A stretch of DNA of 64,000 nucleotides from a virus (IMGVR_UViG_3300037586_005524:19221-83220); one strand, 5' to 3'. Counted from the stretch's first letter, positions 20,404-30,612 are shown. Notes: generated by a model from the letters alone, not told the origin. A program made the numbers and translations.

Positions 20404-20665
20404 ATACTAATGTATAAATCTCTTCATAAGCTTTTATCTCTTGTACTATTTCTTTTGAATACTCTAAGAGGCGTTCAATTGTTTCGTCTCCATAATATGT
20501 TTCCATATTATATATTGTTTCTATATATTCAGAATAGTCACTTAAAGTTTCTAAAAAGTCCGCTACGTTATCGGAAACAAATAGTAATTTTTTCAATAAG
20601 GTATATACATACCAAATAAAAAATAAATTAACTACTGCGGACACTATTAATAAAGTTAAAATCAT
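20366..20665 (-). CDS. Small membrane-anchored hypothetical protein
   Basis: N-terminal hydrophobic helix followed by an acidic helical domain. Confidence 0.65.
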   Translation of the reverse strand: MILTLLIVSAVVNLFFIWYVYTLLKKLLFVSDNVADFLETLSDYSEYIETIYNMETYYGDETIERLLEYSKEIVQEIKAYEEIYTLVYDEEEEGEDGET

Positions 20666-20931
20666 TCCTTATACTCCTGATTGCGCAAAATTTCTTTCTC
20701 TTTTTTAAGATCTTCTTTGTTGCTTTCAATAAAATCTTTTACTAGGCTCCCAACTTTGTGTGCTTGTTCTTGTTTTTTATGTTGTGCAGAAAAATTGCTT
20801 GGAATACGCTTTAAACTCCCGGATTCATTGCATTTTTTTACTTCATGGCAAGATGTATATTTTTCTTTAATTGAATGAAAAGCTTTAAATTCTTTTTCGC
20901 ACTTTTCACAAAAATATATGTAAATTGGCAT
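20662..20931 (-). CDS. FmdB-family zinc-ribbon protein
   Basis: MPIYIYFCEKC...C....C...LKR pattern. Confidence 0.8.
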   Translation of the reverse strand: MPIYIYFCEKCEKEFKAFHSIKEKYTSCHEVKKCNESGSLKRIPSNFSAQHKKQEQAHKVGSLVKDFIESNKEDLKKEKEILRNQEYKE

Positions 20932-20933
20932 TT

Positions 20934-21233
20934 TTATTTTTGTGCTGGCTGATCAGCAACTGCATCAATATCTTTTAAATCTTGAAATTGTTCTTCAGCT
21001 TCATCATCAAATTTAACCAAAGGCGGATTCATCACCATCAAACCATCCTCTGATAATCGAAATTTAAATTCTTTTAGCACCGGTACAATATCGCTTTGTT
21101 CCAGCAAAGATCTCTGTAGTGCCATCATAACTGCGCCAACTGCTTGATCTGTCATCGCCATGTTTTTATCTTCTGTCATTTTATTTTTCCTCCAATTCGT
21201 TTTTAAGTGATTTATAACATCGATGTATACCAT
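20934..21233 (-). CDS. Hypothetical protein (true start probably MTEDKN at 21179)
   Basis: GGAG-like RBS precedes the internal ATG right after the upstream stop codon. Confidence 0.6.
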   Translation of the reverse strand: MVYIDVINHLKTNWRKNKMTEDKNMAMTDQAVGAVMMALQRSLLEQSDIVPVLKEFKFRLSEDGLMVMNPPLVKFDDEAEEQFQDLKDIDAVADQPAQK

Positions 21234-22071
21234 TTTGGATATCCATCTCTGCCTTCCATCCTAATTCTTTAAGGGGCAATACGTTGCCTTGTGTATACAA
21301 TACATCGCCTTTTCTTTCTTCTATATAATCAAATGTTACATCTGGAAAATATTTTAGAACAATCTCTTTGATCTCGTTTAAAGAAATGTTACTGCCTGTC
21401 CCAATGTCAAAATGCCGTCCATTGAAATTTTCTTTGTGCTCCATTGCAAAAAGATTAGCCGATACAACATCGCCTAAATATGCCATATCTCTTCTTTGTT
21501 CACCATTCCCTGTGATAAAAGGATTTTTACCTTTTCTTATATGTTCCATCCAATTAGCAATTGCCGTGGCATATGGCCCTTGAGCTTCTTGGTCTTCTGA
21601 ATAAACATTAAAATATCGTAAACTAACTGTGTCTAAACCATATAAATCAGAATATAGTTTGCATTCCATTTCGGAAATTAATTTTTGTAGCCCATATGGA
21701 TTTGTGGGGCCGGATCCATTTCCATTTACAGATGAGGATCCGGAATAGATGACTCGTTTGACGCCAGCTTTTCTAGCAAAATTAAGAATATAGGTTGTTG
21801 CTAATACATTATTTTCCATTGTCTCTACTGGCTTTTCTACACTGTATGCAACTCTTGGAATACAAGCTAGGTGAAAAATATATTCTGGTTTGAAATCAAA
21901 ATAATGTGGGTGGAATCTTTGGCTGCCGTCTGAATATTCTTTAAGATCTTTTACAATATTGCATCCTTCAAAAAGATCGATTCCTTGTACTTCGTGTCCT
22001 AATTCTTGTAATTTTTTATATACGCGAGAGCCAATATATCCTCTATGCCCCGTCACCAAACATCTAGCCAT
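21181..22071 (-). CDS. NAD-dependent nucleotide-sugar epimerase/dehydratase (extended SDR)
   Basis: VTGHRGYIG Rossmann motif, SSS, YGLQK (YxxxK), LRYFNVY. Confidence 0.9.
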   Translation of the reverse strand: MARCLVTGHRGYIGSRVYKKLQELGHEVQGIDLFEGCNIVKDLKEYSDGSQRFHPHYFDFKPEYIFHLACIPRVAYSVEKPVETMENNVLATTYILNFARKAGVKRVIYSGSSSVNGNGSGPTNPYGLQKLISEMECKLYSDLYGLDTVSLRYFNVYSEDQEAQGPYATAIANWMEHIRKGKNPFITGNGEQRRDMAYLGDVVSANLFAMEHKENFNGRHFDIGTGSNISLNEIKEIVLKYFPDVTFDYIEERKGDVLYTQGNVLPLKELGWKAEMDIQNGIHRCYKSLKNELEEK

Positions 22072-22918
22072 TATTTTTTTCCTTTGTTACTGCACCTTCG
22101 ATATCTTTCCAATCATGCTCTTCTCTTACTTCAAGATTTTTTTGCCAAACGGACTTCATAACCTTTGGGTCAATGCCAATTTCTTCAAATAATCCAATAA
22201 ATGCATTTAAGTCTTTTGGAAAACATTTTCCTCCAAAACCAAGGGAGTCATCATGGCCAGGAACATCTAAATGAGAATTTCCAATTCTTCCATCAGAAAC
22301 AAATCCATGCATTGTGTCCTCCCAGCTTACATTAAGTTCATCTGCTGCTTGCTTCATTTCATTCATAAAAGAAACTTTAGTAGCAAAAAAACAATTTGCC
22401 ATATATTTTATAAACTGCGCAGTTGTTACATCTGTTTTAATAATTTTAATATACGGAAATCTACTCTTTATAAGCTTTTCTGCCTCATCAAGCAAATCTG
22501 GGCGGCCACCTAATATAATTCGAGAGGCATTAATAAAATCTAGCCGCGCGCTGCGCTCAGTTAAAAATTCTGGACTGTGTATAATATTAAGATTAGGATA
22601 TTTAAAAATCAAATCTTCCATGATGCCTGGTACAACGGTTGATTTAACTATAAAAATATTATCAGTTCTTTCATTTATTTCAGATATTTGATTGAAAGCA
22701 GAATACATAATATTTGTATCAATTTTTCCACCTAAAGCATCTTTCATCGGAGTTGGAACAGAAACAAAAATGAATTTTGAAGAGTTTATAACCTCACTCA
22801 TTGAGTGTGTAGACTTCTCTGGATTTATATCATATATTTTAATATTTGCATGGAGAGAAAACCCATGTGCGATAGCAGATCCTACAAAACCATTCCCTAT
22901 TATTCCTATATTGTACAT
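22064..22918 (-). CDS. UDP-glucose/GDP-mannose 6-dehydrogenase family (short form lacking the C-terminal domain)
   Basis: GNGFVG, VPTP, KSTVVPG, PEFL, KYMAN...K.SF.NE, GFGGKCFPKD catalytic Cys motif. Confidence 0.9.
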   Translation of the reverse strand: MYNIGIIGNGFVGSAIAHGFSLHANIKIYDINPEKSTHSMSEVINSSKFIFVSVPTPMKDALGGKIDTNIMYSAFNQISEINERTDNIFIVKSTVVPGIMEDLIFKYPNLNIIHSPEFLTERSARLDFINASRIILGGRPDLLDEAEKLIKSRFPYIKIIKTDVTTAQFIKYMANCFFATKVSFMNEMKQAADELNVSWEDTMHGFVSDGRIGNSHLDVPGHDDSLGFGGKCFPKDLNAFIGLFEEIGIDPKVMKSVWQKNLEVREEHDWKDIEGAVTKEKNNG

Positions 22919-22961
22919 TTATTCCTCGAAAACACTTACGCAGTTATTATTTTAGCACACT

Positions 22962-23720
22962 TTAGTTTATATGTTTAATAATAAATTTCTCAAATAATTT
23001 AACTGATTGATTTAAATTTAAGCTTTCAGTGTCAATAATTAAATCTGGGTCAATTGGCTCATCAAATGAATCAGAAATTCCAGTAAAATTGTATACTTTA
23101 CTTGGGTCTCCATCTGGAAGAAGGGCTCGCCTGTATAGGCCTTTGGTGTCTCTTCTTTTTAACTCTTCTAAGCTACACTTAACATAAACCAATTTTGATT
23201 TTGGAATTACTTTTCTAACATGCTGTCTTGTGGAATTATAAGGATTAATTGCAGACATAACGCAAACAACGTTATTTCGGCCTAACACCTTCCCCACAAA
23301 CGATAGCCTTTTTATATTTGTTTCGCGATCTTTTTTAGAAAATCCTAAATCTTTACAAAGGTTGTTTCTGTATTCGTCGCCGTCGATGATCTCTATTTTA
23401 ATGCCACGTTTTCTTATTTTTTTTTCAATAGATCTAGCTAGTGTTGTTTTGCCGGCGCCGCTCATACCTGTCATCTGAATATACAATCCTTTTGTTTTGC
23501 CCCACTTTACTTTATTCCAGACATGTTCGTGGGTCATAAATAAAACCAACATTAAAGCGTGATATATAATTGCAACAAACCCGGTTTCTTTTAAAGAACC
23601 CGTAATAATATAAGCTACTAATGAAAGCACCAAAAAACCTAGAAGTTTCCAACTAAGTGCTTTGCTGAAACTTCTTCTTGTAGAATCAATCAAAATAGAT
23701 CCTCCATTGTTTTTTCCCAA
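22962..23720 (-). CDS. cysC: Adenylyl-sulfate (APS) kinase with N-terminal DUF2061-like membrane domain
   Basis: TGMSGAGKTT P-loop, DGD, DLGFS..DR..NI.R, RDTKGLY, FTGISD.FD.P; N-terminal RSFSKALSW...HE..W with two hydrophobic helices. Confidence 0.9.
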   Translation of the reverse strand: MGKNNGGSILIDSTRRSFSKALSWKLLGFLVLSLVAYIITGSLKETGFVAIIYHALMLVLFMTHEHVWNKVKWGKTKGLYIQMTGMSGAGKTTLARSIEKKIRKRGIKIEIIDGDEYRNNLCKDLGFSKKDRETNIKRLSFVGKVLGRNNVVCVMSAINPYNSTRQHVRKVIPKSKLVYVKCSLEELKRRDTKGLYRRALLPDGDPSKVYNFTGISDSFDEPIDPDLIIDTESLNLNQSVKLFEKFIIKHIN

Positions 23721-24031
23721 CTCGTAAAGTGATACGCGCGGTCATCGATATATATCCTAGCTGGCACTTTTGTGTTTGTCACCTCGTCGAAGCAATCTTC
23801 TAGATCATATTTTTTAAGCCATTCATGAATAGGCTCTACAGGACGACTTGAAAATATAACCAATCTAAACCCTCTTTTTTTAAGTTCTCTTATGGACTCG
23901 GCCGCACCGTCGTGTGGCGGATCGTATGTATTATATAAACCCTGCCAGCCTTTAGAATATTTATGGATAACTCCATCAAAATCTATAGCAATTGTATTGT
24001 TTTTTATCTTGTACGATATCTCTTTTGGCAT
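23690..24031 (-). CDS. Small capless HAD-superfamily phosphatase
   Basis: AIDFDGVIH motif I, SSR motif II, K and YIDDRA motifs III/IV. Confidence 0.8.
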   Translation of the reverse strand: MPKEISYKIKNNTIAIDFDGVIHKYSKGWQGLYNTYDPPHDGAAESIRELKKRGFRLVIFSSRPVEPIHEWLKKYDLEDCFDEVTNTKVPARIYIDDRAYHFTSWEKTMEDLF

Positions 24032-24037
24032 TATTCT

Positions 24038-24853
24038 TTATTCTCCTAATATTTCTTTCTCAACGAATGATTTCCAATCACTATAAGTTGTCTTCTTACG
24101 TTTGAAATATCTATTATCTTTTTTTAGTGTGCCGCGGCCGAGATGCATAAAAATAATATTCCCTGAGTCGTCGACTGCGCGGTCTGTCGTAAGAAAAGTA
24201 AAAGAATTTGGTAATTCAAAATCAACATTATTATTAAAAGTGTTTTTACTACAAAAATACTTTAAGTTAAATTTATTACAATATGCAGTATATGCATCAC
24301 AAACGTCTATCTCGTCTTTAACATCTAAAGTTTTTCTTGTAGATTTTATTTCTTCTATTTTTTCTTTAGTTAATCCTTCTAACCTTGGATGGCCTTCTCT
24401 CAAGATTGGGAAACATGAAACTTTTTTAGCCAATTCTGTTGTCAACAACATACCTGATGAATGGACTGCATTTATTCTCGTATTATCTAAAAGCGTGCCC
24501 GCGATTGAATAGCCTTTTTGTATTTTCTCGTATAAATAATTCATCCAATTTTCATGACAAGCCGCAACGTCATTATGGCACATAAAAACTAAATCCGACT
24601 GTACATGTTCCAAACCAACTTCAATCGCCTCTGCGTGTGCTGCAGCCGCAAGATAACAACATTTTTGTTGATTTGAAACCCAAACAACATTTTCCGATAA
24701 AGATAAAATTTCGTCTTTATAAGATTCATCCGAAGCATTTTCTACTACAATATATCTAAATTCAAAATTGTTTTTATATTTTTCAAAAGAACGTATACAT
24801 AGAGATGTCAAGCCCTTAGAATGATAAGATGGTATAATAAAATCAATATTCAT
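24038..24853 (-). CDS. Glycosyltransferase, GT2/GT-A fold
   Basis: FIIPSY, VVENAS, HND in place of DxD. Confidence 0.75.
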   Translation of the reverse strand: MNIDFIIPSYHSKGLTSLCIRSFEKYKNNFEFRYIVVENASDESYKDEILSLSENVVWVSNQQKCCYLAAAAHAEAIEVGLEHVQSDLVFMCHNDVAACHENWMNYLYEKIQKGYSIAGTLLDNTRINAVHSSGMLLTTELAKKVSCFPILREGHPRLEGLTKEKIEEIKSTRKTLDVKDEIDVCDAYTAYCNKFNLKYFCSKNTFNNNVDFELPNSFTFLTTDRAVDDSGNIIFMHLGRGTLKKDNRYFKRKKTTYSDWKSFVEKEILGE

Positions 24854-24863
24854 TTTTTACTCC

Positions 24864-25958
24864 CTACAAAAAGTTGATATCTTTAGTTTCTTTTGGATGT
24901 GTTAAAAAGTCTATCAGTTTATTTGGTTCCGCCAGTTTACAGCACATTTGGCATTTTGTTTTATAATCCATGCTTCTAACATATTTAATTGCTTCTTTTC
25001 TTTGGTCTGATCCCCATATTTCTTTAAAAGAAGATTGATATATGTTTCCAAAAGATAATTTTTTATTCATGGGATGGTAGGTGCATACCTTAACTTCCCC
25101 AGTTGCATCTAAAATAGGTTCAAAAAAGTGCCCCTCACAGCTTCTAAAATTATATGCGGTGCCATTTTTAAGATCATGTCTTTTGTCGTCGCTTAAATTA
25201 ATTTTAACATTTTTAGCGTTATTATCTAAATAATTCCACACATCTACATTAATCTCGGCTGTACCAGTTTTTTTATACGCTGTTTCGGCTTCTTTATAAT
25301 ATCGTGGAAGAATTGGCCTAAACTGTAAATAAGCAATATCATCTGTTTCGCCTACCCAATCTATCAATTGTTTTGCATGCTCAATCGTTATATTGGGACC
25401 TACGTTACAATTGATTCCAATTTTAGCTGGGTATTGTGCTAACTCTTCTACATTTCTTTTGATTACTTTTACACCATCAACCTCTTTCCATTCTTTATAT
25501 TTTTCAGCATCAAGAGTGTCTAAAGAAATGCGCATCCATTCAAAATTTTCGCCTATTAATTTATTATACTTTTTCTTATAAACGGCATTTGTCATTAAAC
25601 CAAGTTGCAAACCCATTTCTTTAGCATACAATACAGCTTCTTCGAAGTGTGGGTAAAAAGTTGGCTCACCTTGCCCAGCATATGTAATCGCTTTGCCGCC
25701 CATTTCAGCAAAATCCTTAAGATATCTTTTAAGAGCCTCTATTTCCAAGTGGGCACCAAATTTATTATCTCTTCCATTTTCCGTAATGCACCAGTAACAA
25801 GCCATATTACACTTGTTTGTTAAGCCAACTTCCATAAAAATGGGACAATCTGTGTCTCCAGTGGAAAGATACTGGTGTAACTTATCAAAATGTAAAATTA
25901 ATTTTGCTTGTGTGCCAAATGGGTTTGCGCCTGAAAATCTTACGTATTCATTACTCAT
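24864..25958 (-). CDS. Radical SAM protein with SPASM/twitch-like C-terminal domain
   Basis: CNMACYWC (CxxxCxxC), GQGEP, ISLD, C-terminal C...GEVKVC...FGNI...EIW...CQMCC. Confidence 0.9.
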   Translation of the reverse strand: MSNEYVRFSGANPFGTQAKLILHFDKLHQYLSTGDTDCPIFMEVGLTNKCNMACYWCITENGRDNKFGAHLEIEALKRYLKDFAEMGGKAITYAGQGEPTFYPHFEEAVLYAKEMGLQLGLMTNAVYKKKYNKLIGENFEWMRISLDTLDAEKYKEWKEVDGVKVIKRNVEELAQYPAKIGINCNVGPNITIEHAKQLIDWVGETDDIAYLQFRPILPRYYKEAETAYKKTGTAEINVDVWNYLDNNAKNVKINLSDDKRHDLKNGTAYNFRSCEGHFFEPILDATGEVKVCTYHPMNKKLSFGNIYQSSFKEIWGSDQRKEAIKYVRSMDYKTKCQMCCKLAEPNKLIDFLTHPKETKDINFL

Positions 25959-25960
25959 CT

Positions 25961-26800
25961 TTAATATTCCTTTTGATTTTTAATTAACATTTCTATTCCA
26001 TCCCATATGCTATATTTTGGCTTAAACCCCAAATTATTTAATTTTGCAACGTCCAAATACATATCTTTAACTTGTACTGTTTTATGAAAATGTGGTGGTT
26101 CTACAGAAATAAAATTACTCTTTGAGTTTGTTCGTTGTTTAACATAATTCATCATATCTATAAACCTATGTGGTGTCCCGCTTCCAATATTAATAATTTC
26201 ATTTAAAGGAGCTTCTTTCACAACAAGATTTATCGCACGACATACATCTTCTACATGCATAAAATCTCTTATATCTTCACCAGAATTATATAAATTAATG
26301 TCTTTACTATTAACAACCTCTCCTATTAAATATTGTAATGCGTTTCTTTTTTTAGAAACTTTTTTATCTTCTATTCCATATATATTACAAAGTCTTAAAA
26401 TTCTATAATTAATATCAAATGTTTCGCAGTAAGATATTAATAATTGTTCAGCCGTCCTTTTAGTAATAGAGTAAAATCCTTTAGGGTTACAACAAGATTC
26501 TTCTTTAGCAGGAAGATCATCGGTCTTGCCATACACAAACCATGAACTAATAAAATTAAAGACTATATTTTCTTTATCTCTACATTTTTCCAGCACGCTA
26601 ACTAATAAATTTAAATTCGTATTAATATCCAAGTGTGGGTTCTCAAATACATTATAATTATTATTAGTACTTATAAAATATATAATATCCTTTGTTTCTG
26701 AAGAGAGTTGAAAACGTGGGACAGTCAAAGACTCAGTAGCATATATATTAGAGTACACGCTGCCTATAAATCCTGTGGCGCCAAAAATTGCTATCTTCAT
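25961..26800 (-). CDS. NAD-dependent nucleotide-sugar epimerase/dehydratase
   Basis: GATGFIG, SS..VYG, YSITK, RDFMHVED. Confidence 0.88.
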   Translation of the reverse strand: MKIAIFGATGFIGSVYSNIYATESLTVPRFQLSSETKDIIYFISTNNNYNVFENPHLDINTNLNLLVSVLEKCRDKENIVFNFISSWFVYGKTDDLPAKEESCCNPKGFYSITKRTAEQLLISYCETFDINYRILRLCNIYGIEDKKVSKKRNALQYLIGEVVNSKDINLYNSGEDIRDFMHVEDVCRAINLVVKEAPLNEIINIGSGTPHRFIDMMNYVKQRTNSKSNFISVEPPHFHKTVQVKDMYLDVAKLNNLGFKPKYSIWDGIEMLIKNQKEY

Positions 26801-27456
26801 GTTTCTTTCCTTTTATTACAAGACAATAAAATATATAATTGTGGTGGTGCGTTAGCCAATGTACCAGCTTTGATGTGGACAATCTCATCACTGGTACCGC
26901 CCCATAATGCCTTCATATTATATGATAAATCAAAATATTTTTTAATATATTTAATTGGCAAAATTTCTGGTATTTCTTCGTAAGCGGCTTTTTTAACGTC
27001 AAAATATTCATATTGTCTTACCCTTGATTCGAATAAGCTATATTCTTCATCTTTTAAAAAGGAGTCATCCCAAACACCAGACCAAAGATAATTATCATCT
27101 TCGTAGGCATATTCATGTTCTCCATCTTTAACCCATCCTATTTTATAATTTTCAAACCTCCAATGATCGCCTAAACCCCAATCAACATATAATTTTCCTC
27201 CATCATTAAGACTATTATAACAACGCTTTATAAAATCTTTTGGGTTTTTTGCAAAATAAGCAGTACGAGTACAGATAATAGTATCGTATTTCTTTTTTAG
27301 CTCCCAACTATCATTTATATTCCAGTTATTTAACTGTAGGTCATATAAATCCCCATCAAACCAATTATTATCAACAAAGCCCAATAAAGCAGCTTCTCCT
27401 TGTGGCTTAATATGCTCTTTATAAAAGTCATATATATATGGATCACTTCTTCCCAT
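26797..27456 (-). CDS. Divergent SAM-dependent methyltransferase-like protein (paralog of 33692-34309)
   Basis: YDTIIC and LNDGGKLYV post-motifs of class I methyltransferases; degenerate motif I. Confidence 0.55.
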   Translation of the reverse strand: MGRSDPYIYDFYKEHIKPQGEAALLGFVDNNWFDGDLYDLQLNNWNINDSWELKKKYDTIICTRTAYFAKNPKDFIKRCYNSLNDGGKLYVDWGLGDHWRFENYKIGWVKDGEHEYAYEDDNYLWSGVWDDSFLKDEEYSLFESRVRQYEYFDVKKAAYEEIPEILPIKYIKKYFDLSYNMKALWGGTSDEIVHIKAGTLANAPPQLYILLSCNKRKET

Positions 27457-27465
27457 GATAACCTC

Positions 27466-28140
27466 TCAAAATTCGTAATTAAACAAGTTTAAATCTTTTT
27501 CGTATAACTCTTCAATGATCTTTCTTGTATCGTCAGTGTAATATTTTTTATATTTATCCCTTTTCGGAGTTATATTAGTTTTATTTATAGACCTGGGAAG
27601 GGGCAAATTTAGCTGCTCAAATATATTTTGTAAATCAATGTCAAAATTTTGTAGTTTGCCAACATAATCAGGAATAAGTTTATTATTTTTATTATATGCA
27701 TAAAGATATTGAGGACATATATGATTTGGTTGTGTTCGACCCAGCCATTTATAATATTCTTTTGTATTAACAGCTTTTTTAACTTTTTGTACAAAATCGT
27801 CAAACGCTATATTAGACTCAATACCATATGTGTCTTGTGAATAGTGATAAACAGAAACAAGCCTATCAAATGGATTTCTAACAAATGTAAACTTCCAGGC
27901 ATTTGAAAAATCTTTTTCATTAAAAGTTTTCATGTTATAGTGCTGCTCTAATGTATAATGATGTGGCTTACAATGATATCCATATTTTTGGGCTCGCTCT
28001 CTTTGGTCGATATCATAGTCCCTACTTGACATAACTGCATCTAAATTATGCCAATCTTCATTTGGCAAATAACTATGAACTGTCGATCCTGCACATTTAG
28101 GGTTATGTAAAAAAATATATTTTCTCATGGGTTTACACAA
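27466..28140 (-). CDS. Sulfotransferase (Sulfotransfer_2, carbohydrate sulfotransferase-like)
   Basis: FLHNPKCAGST 5'-PSB motif; FVRNPFDRLVSVY 3'-PB motif; C-terminal LYEKDL..F.Y. Confidence 0.9.
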   Translation of the reverse strand: MCKPMRKYIFLHNPKCAGSTVHSYLPNEDWHNLDAVMSSRDYDIDQRERAQKYGYHCKPHHYTLEQHYNMKTFNEKDFSNAWKFTFVRNPFDRLVSVYHYSQDTYGIESNIAFDDFVQKVKKAVNTKEYYKWLGRTQPNHICPQYLYAYNKNNKLIPDYVGKLQNFDIDLQNIFEQLNLPLPRSINKTNITPKRDKYKKYYTDDTRKIIEELYEKDLNLFNYEF

Positions 28141-29096
28141 TTTTGTATTTTTGATTTTTCAAAAAAATCTTTAATTGTTCTCCATCCTTTAACTTTTAGT
28201 TCTCTAAACGACTCATCTGTAAAAAAGGCCGCATGTGGTGTTATACAAAACCTGCTTTTAATCCAAGGCTCCTTTTTTCTCCAAGCGCTAATAAGAGGAT
28301 GTTCTTCGGGAGGAGGTTCTATTTCTAAAACATCCATACCAGCAGCTTTAATTTTATTGTTTTTCAAAGCCCAATAAAGATCGTCTAAGCTTATTATCTC
28401 ACCTCTTGCTGTATTAATTAAGATACAATTTTCTTTCATTTGAGAAAATTGATCTTTGCCTATTAGTTCTTTTGTTTCTTCTGTTAAAGGAGTATGTATG
28501 GAAATGATATCATTATTTGAAAGAAGCTCATCAAAATCTACTTTTTCTACCCCCAATGATTTATCTATTCCAGCAGCAACATAAGGATCATAATATTGTA
28601 TATTTAAACCAAAAGCTTTTGCTCTTAAAGCAACTGCAATGCCAATGCGCCCTAAGCCAATTAAGCCAATATTTTTGCCACGCAACCTAAAAAGACTTTT
28701 TGGCAAAAATGGATCCCAAATATCGCTTTCATTATAAGAATTAATATTCCTCACAAGATTCAATAATAAGGCCATCGTATGATCTGCAACGACATCCGTG
28801 CCATAATCTGGTATATTAGAAACTACAATATTTTCTTTTTTCGCCCGCAATAAATCAATATTGTCATATCCAACGCCCATACGAACTATTATAGAACATT
28901 TTTCCATAGTGTCAAAAGATATGTTGCTTATAGGAATTTCATGCCACACAACAAGTGCGTCTGCATCTTTTATATAGGGCTGGATATCTTCTTCTGTTTC
29001 TGCATTTAAAAATATAACAGTATAAGGATCATCAAGTACTGCTATCTCCTCTTTTGTCCTTTCTGTAATAAAATCAGTAACTACGATTTTTTTCAT
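28125..29096 (-). CDS. D-isomer-specific 2-hydroxyacid dehydrogenase (CtBP/SerA-like)
   Basis: GVGYDNID, GLGRIG, INTARG, DVLEIEP, TPHAA (Arg/Glu/His triad). Confidence 0.92.
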   Translation of the reverse strand: MKKIVVTDFITERTKEEIAVLDDPYTVIFLNAETEEDIQPYIKDADALVVWHEIPISNISFDTMEKCSIIVRMGVGYDNIDLLRAKKENIVVSNIPDYGTDVVADHTMALLLNLVRNINSYNESDIWDPFLPKSLFRLRGKNIGLIGLGRIGIAVALRAKAFGLNIQYYDPYVAAGIDKSLGVEKVDFDELLSNNDIISIHTPLTEETKELIGKDQFSQMKENCILINTARGEIISLDDLYWALKNNKIKAAGMDVLEIEPPPEEHPLISAWRKKEPWIKSRFCITPHAAFFTDESFRELKVKGWRTIKDFFEKSKIQNCVNP

Positions 29097-29869
29097 TCCA
29101 ACTCCAATAAAAAAGATATATCATCGGTGATCTTTCTTGCAGCATTATATAACATATCACAATCTGCTCTATATGCCAAAAGTCTAACGCCATTGTTGAT
29201 TAAAAATTTGGCATACTTAATATCTTTTACAAAAGATCCTATGACAATATTTTTGCTTTCAGCTTGTTTGCAGCACTTTTCTATTAAATTTAATACCTTT
29301 AGATTTTCTATATCTCCTGGGCATCCTAAACTTTGAGAAAGGTCATATGGGCCAAGATAAATTATATCTATATTTTTGACATCTAATATTTCATTAAAGT
29401 TATTAATGCCCTCCTCTCCTTCAATAATAATTGAAGTCAAAATTTTATTGTTTGCTATGTTAGTATGATTTTCTACAGCAGTAAATCCGCCCGCCCTGGT
29501 AAAAGGAGAATATCCTCTATTGCCCTCTGGGAAATATCTACTACACTCTGCAACTTGTTTGGCGCTTTTAAAATCTACAACTTGTGGCACAATGACTCCG
29601 TGAGAGCCTATTTCCAAAGCTCGTAATATTAAATTTTCATTATTGTCGCCAACTCTAAATAATGCTGAAGCGCTGTTTACTTCACAAGCTCTAATCATAT
29701 TTTGTGCTGTTTCATAAGATGCTGGGCCGTGTTCTGCATCGACTACAATAAAGTCCATACCAGCAAATGTAAGAACATCAGCAACCGTTGGAGAAGGAAT
29801 AACCGACCATGTACCAATTACAGTTTTTCCAGAGTTTAGTTTATCTTTCAAAAAATTATTTTTATGCAT
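29093..29869 (-). CDS. HpcH/HpaI-family pyruvate aldolase
   Basis: DFIVVDAEHG, R.P.GNRG, IIE, GPYDLSQSLG. Confidence 0.92.
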   Translation of the reverse strand: MHKNNFLKDKLNSGKTVIGTWSVIPSPTVADVLTFAGMDFIVVDAEHGPASYETAQNMIRACEVNSASALFRVGDNNENLILRALEIGSHGVIVPQVVDFKSAKQVAECSRYFPEGNRGYSPFTRAGGFTAVENHTNIANNKILTSIIIEGEEGINNFNEILDVKNIDIIYLGPYDLSQSLGCPGDIENLKVLNLIEKCCKQAESKNIVIGSFVKDIKYAKFLINNGVRLLAYRADCDMLYNAARKITDDISFLLELE

Positions 29870-29871
29870 TT

Positions 29872-30612
29872 TTATTCCAAATAAGGAGTCGTGCTTTCAG
29901 AAAAGCCGTGTTTTTTAAGCCAATATTCAGCAACAGCTATTTGCCATTCAGCATCAATATCAAAGCCGAAGTCAACTTCTAAGCCATATGTTTTATTTCC
30001 CATCCACTTAAAAGGTAGTTTACCATTTTCAATATCTTCAAAACAAACAGGTCGTAAAACTTGTATTGATAAATCTGCGAAATATACGTCGCCTTGGCTA
30101 TCTCTTATTGATGAAACATCATCAAACACATTTAAATCTACAAAGGAATCAACGATATTGTTTTCTAACTTCCTTGCTCGTGTTGGGCTAAACATATTAT
30201 ATTTAACCACACTAAAACATGAATCTAATGTTTCGTCTTTCTTTAGCACTTCAATTGCTTCGGTTAGTTTATTACAATCCGTCATGGGAGTATTGGCAAA
30301 CAAAAGAACAATTATTTCAGGAACTTCGCCTAGATCTTTTATTATGAAATCATATGCATGTGTTAACACGTCTTCAGTTAATGATTCTGGTGTTGCTAAC
30401 TCCGGTGGTCTATTAATCACTGTAGCATTGTATGATAGTGCAGTCGATTTAATTGAAGGCGAATCTGTGGAAATATATAACTTGTTTATATGCTTACAAT
30501 TATGTGCTGCCATTAAAGAATACTCGTTTAATTGTCTGCCGAGCAATTTCATATAGTTTTTTCCAGGGCAGCCCATGCTTTTTTCTTTTCCAATTTGCAG
30601 TCCGACTATCAT
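29872..30612 (-). CDS. NeuA/KdsB-like acylneuraminate/ulosonate cytidylyltransferase
   Basis: S.G.PGKN N-terminal motif, ISTDS, RPPELA, C-terminal DID. Confidence 0.85.
   Translation of the reverse strand: MIVGLQIGKEKSMGCPGKNYMKLLGRQLNEYSLMAAHNCKHINKLYISTDSPSIKSTALSYNATVINRPPELATPESLTEDVLTHAYDFIIKDLGEVPEIIVLLFANTPMTDCNKLTEAIEVLKKDETLDSCFSVVKYNMFSPTRARKLENNIVDSFVDLNVFDDVSSIRDSQGDVYFADLSIQVLRPVCFEDIENGKLPFKWMGNKTYGLEVDFGFDIDAEWQIAVAEYWLKKHGFSESTTPYLE

Noticed and set aside
29891-30556. Long plus-strand ORFs (this 221-aa one and many 60-150 aa ORFs in the track)
   Set aside because: Antisense shadows of well-supported minus-strand genes, with Ser/Phe/Ile-rich composition and no motifs.
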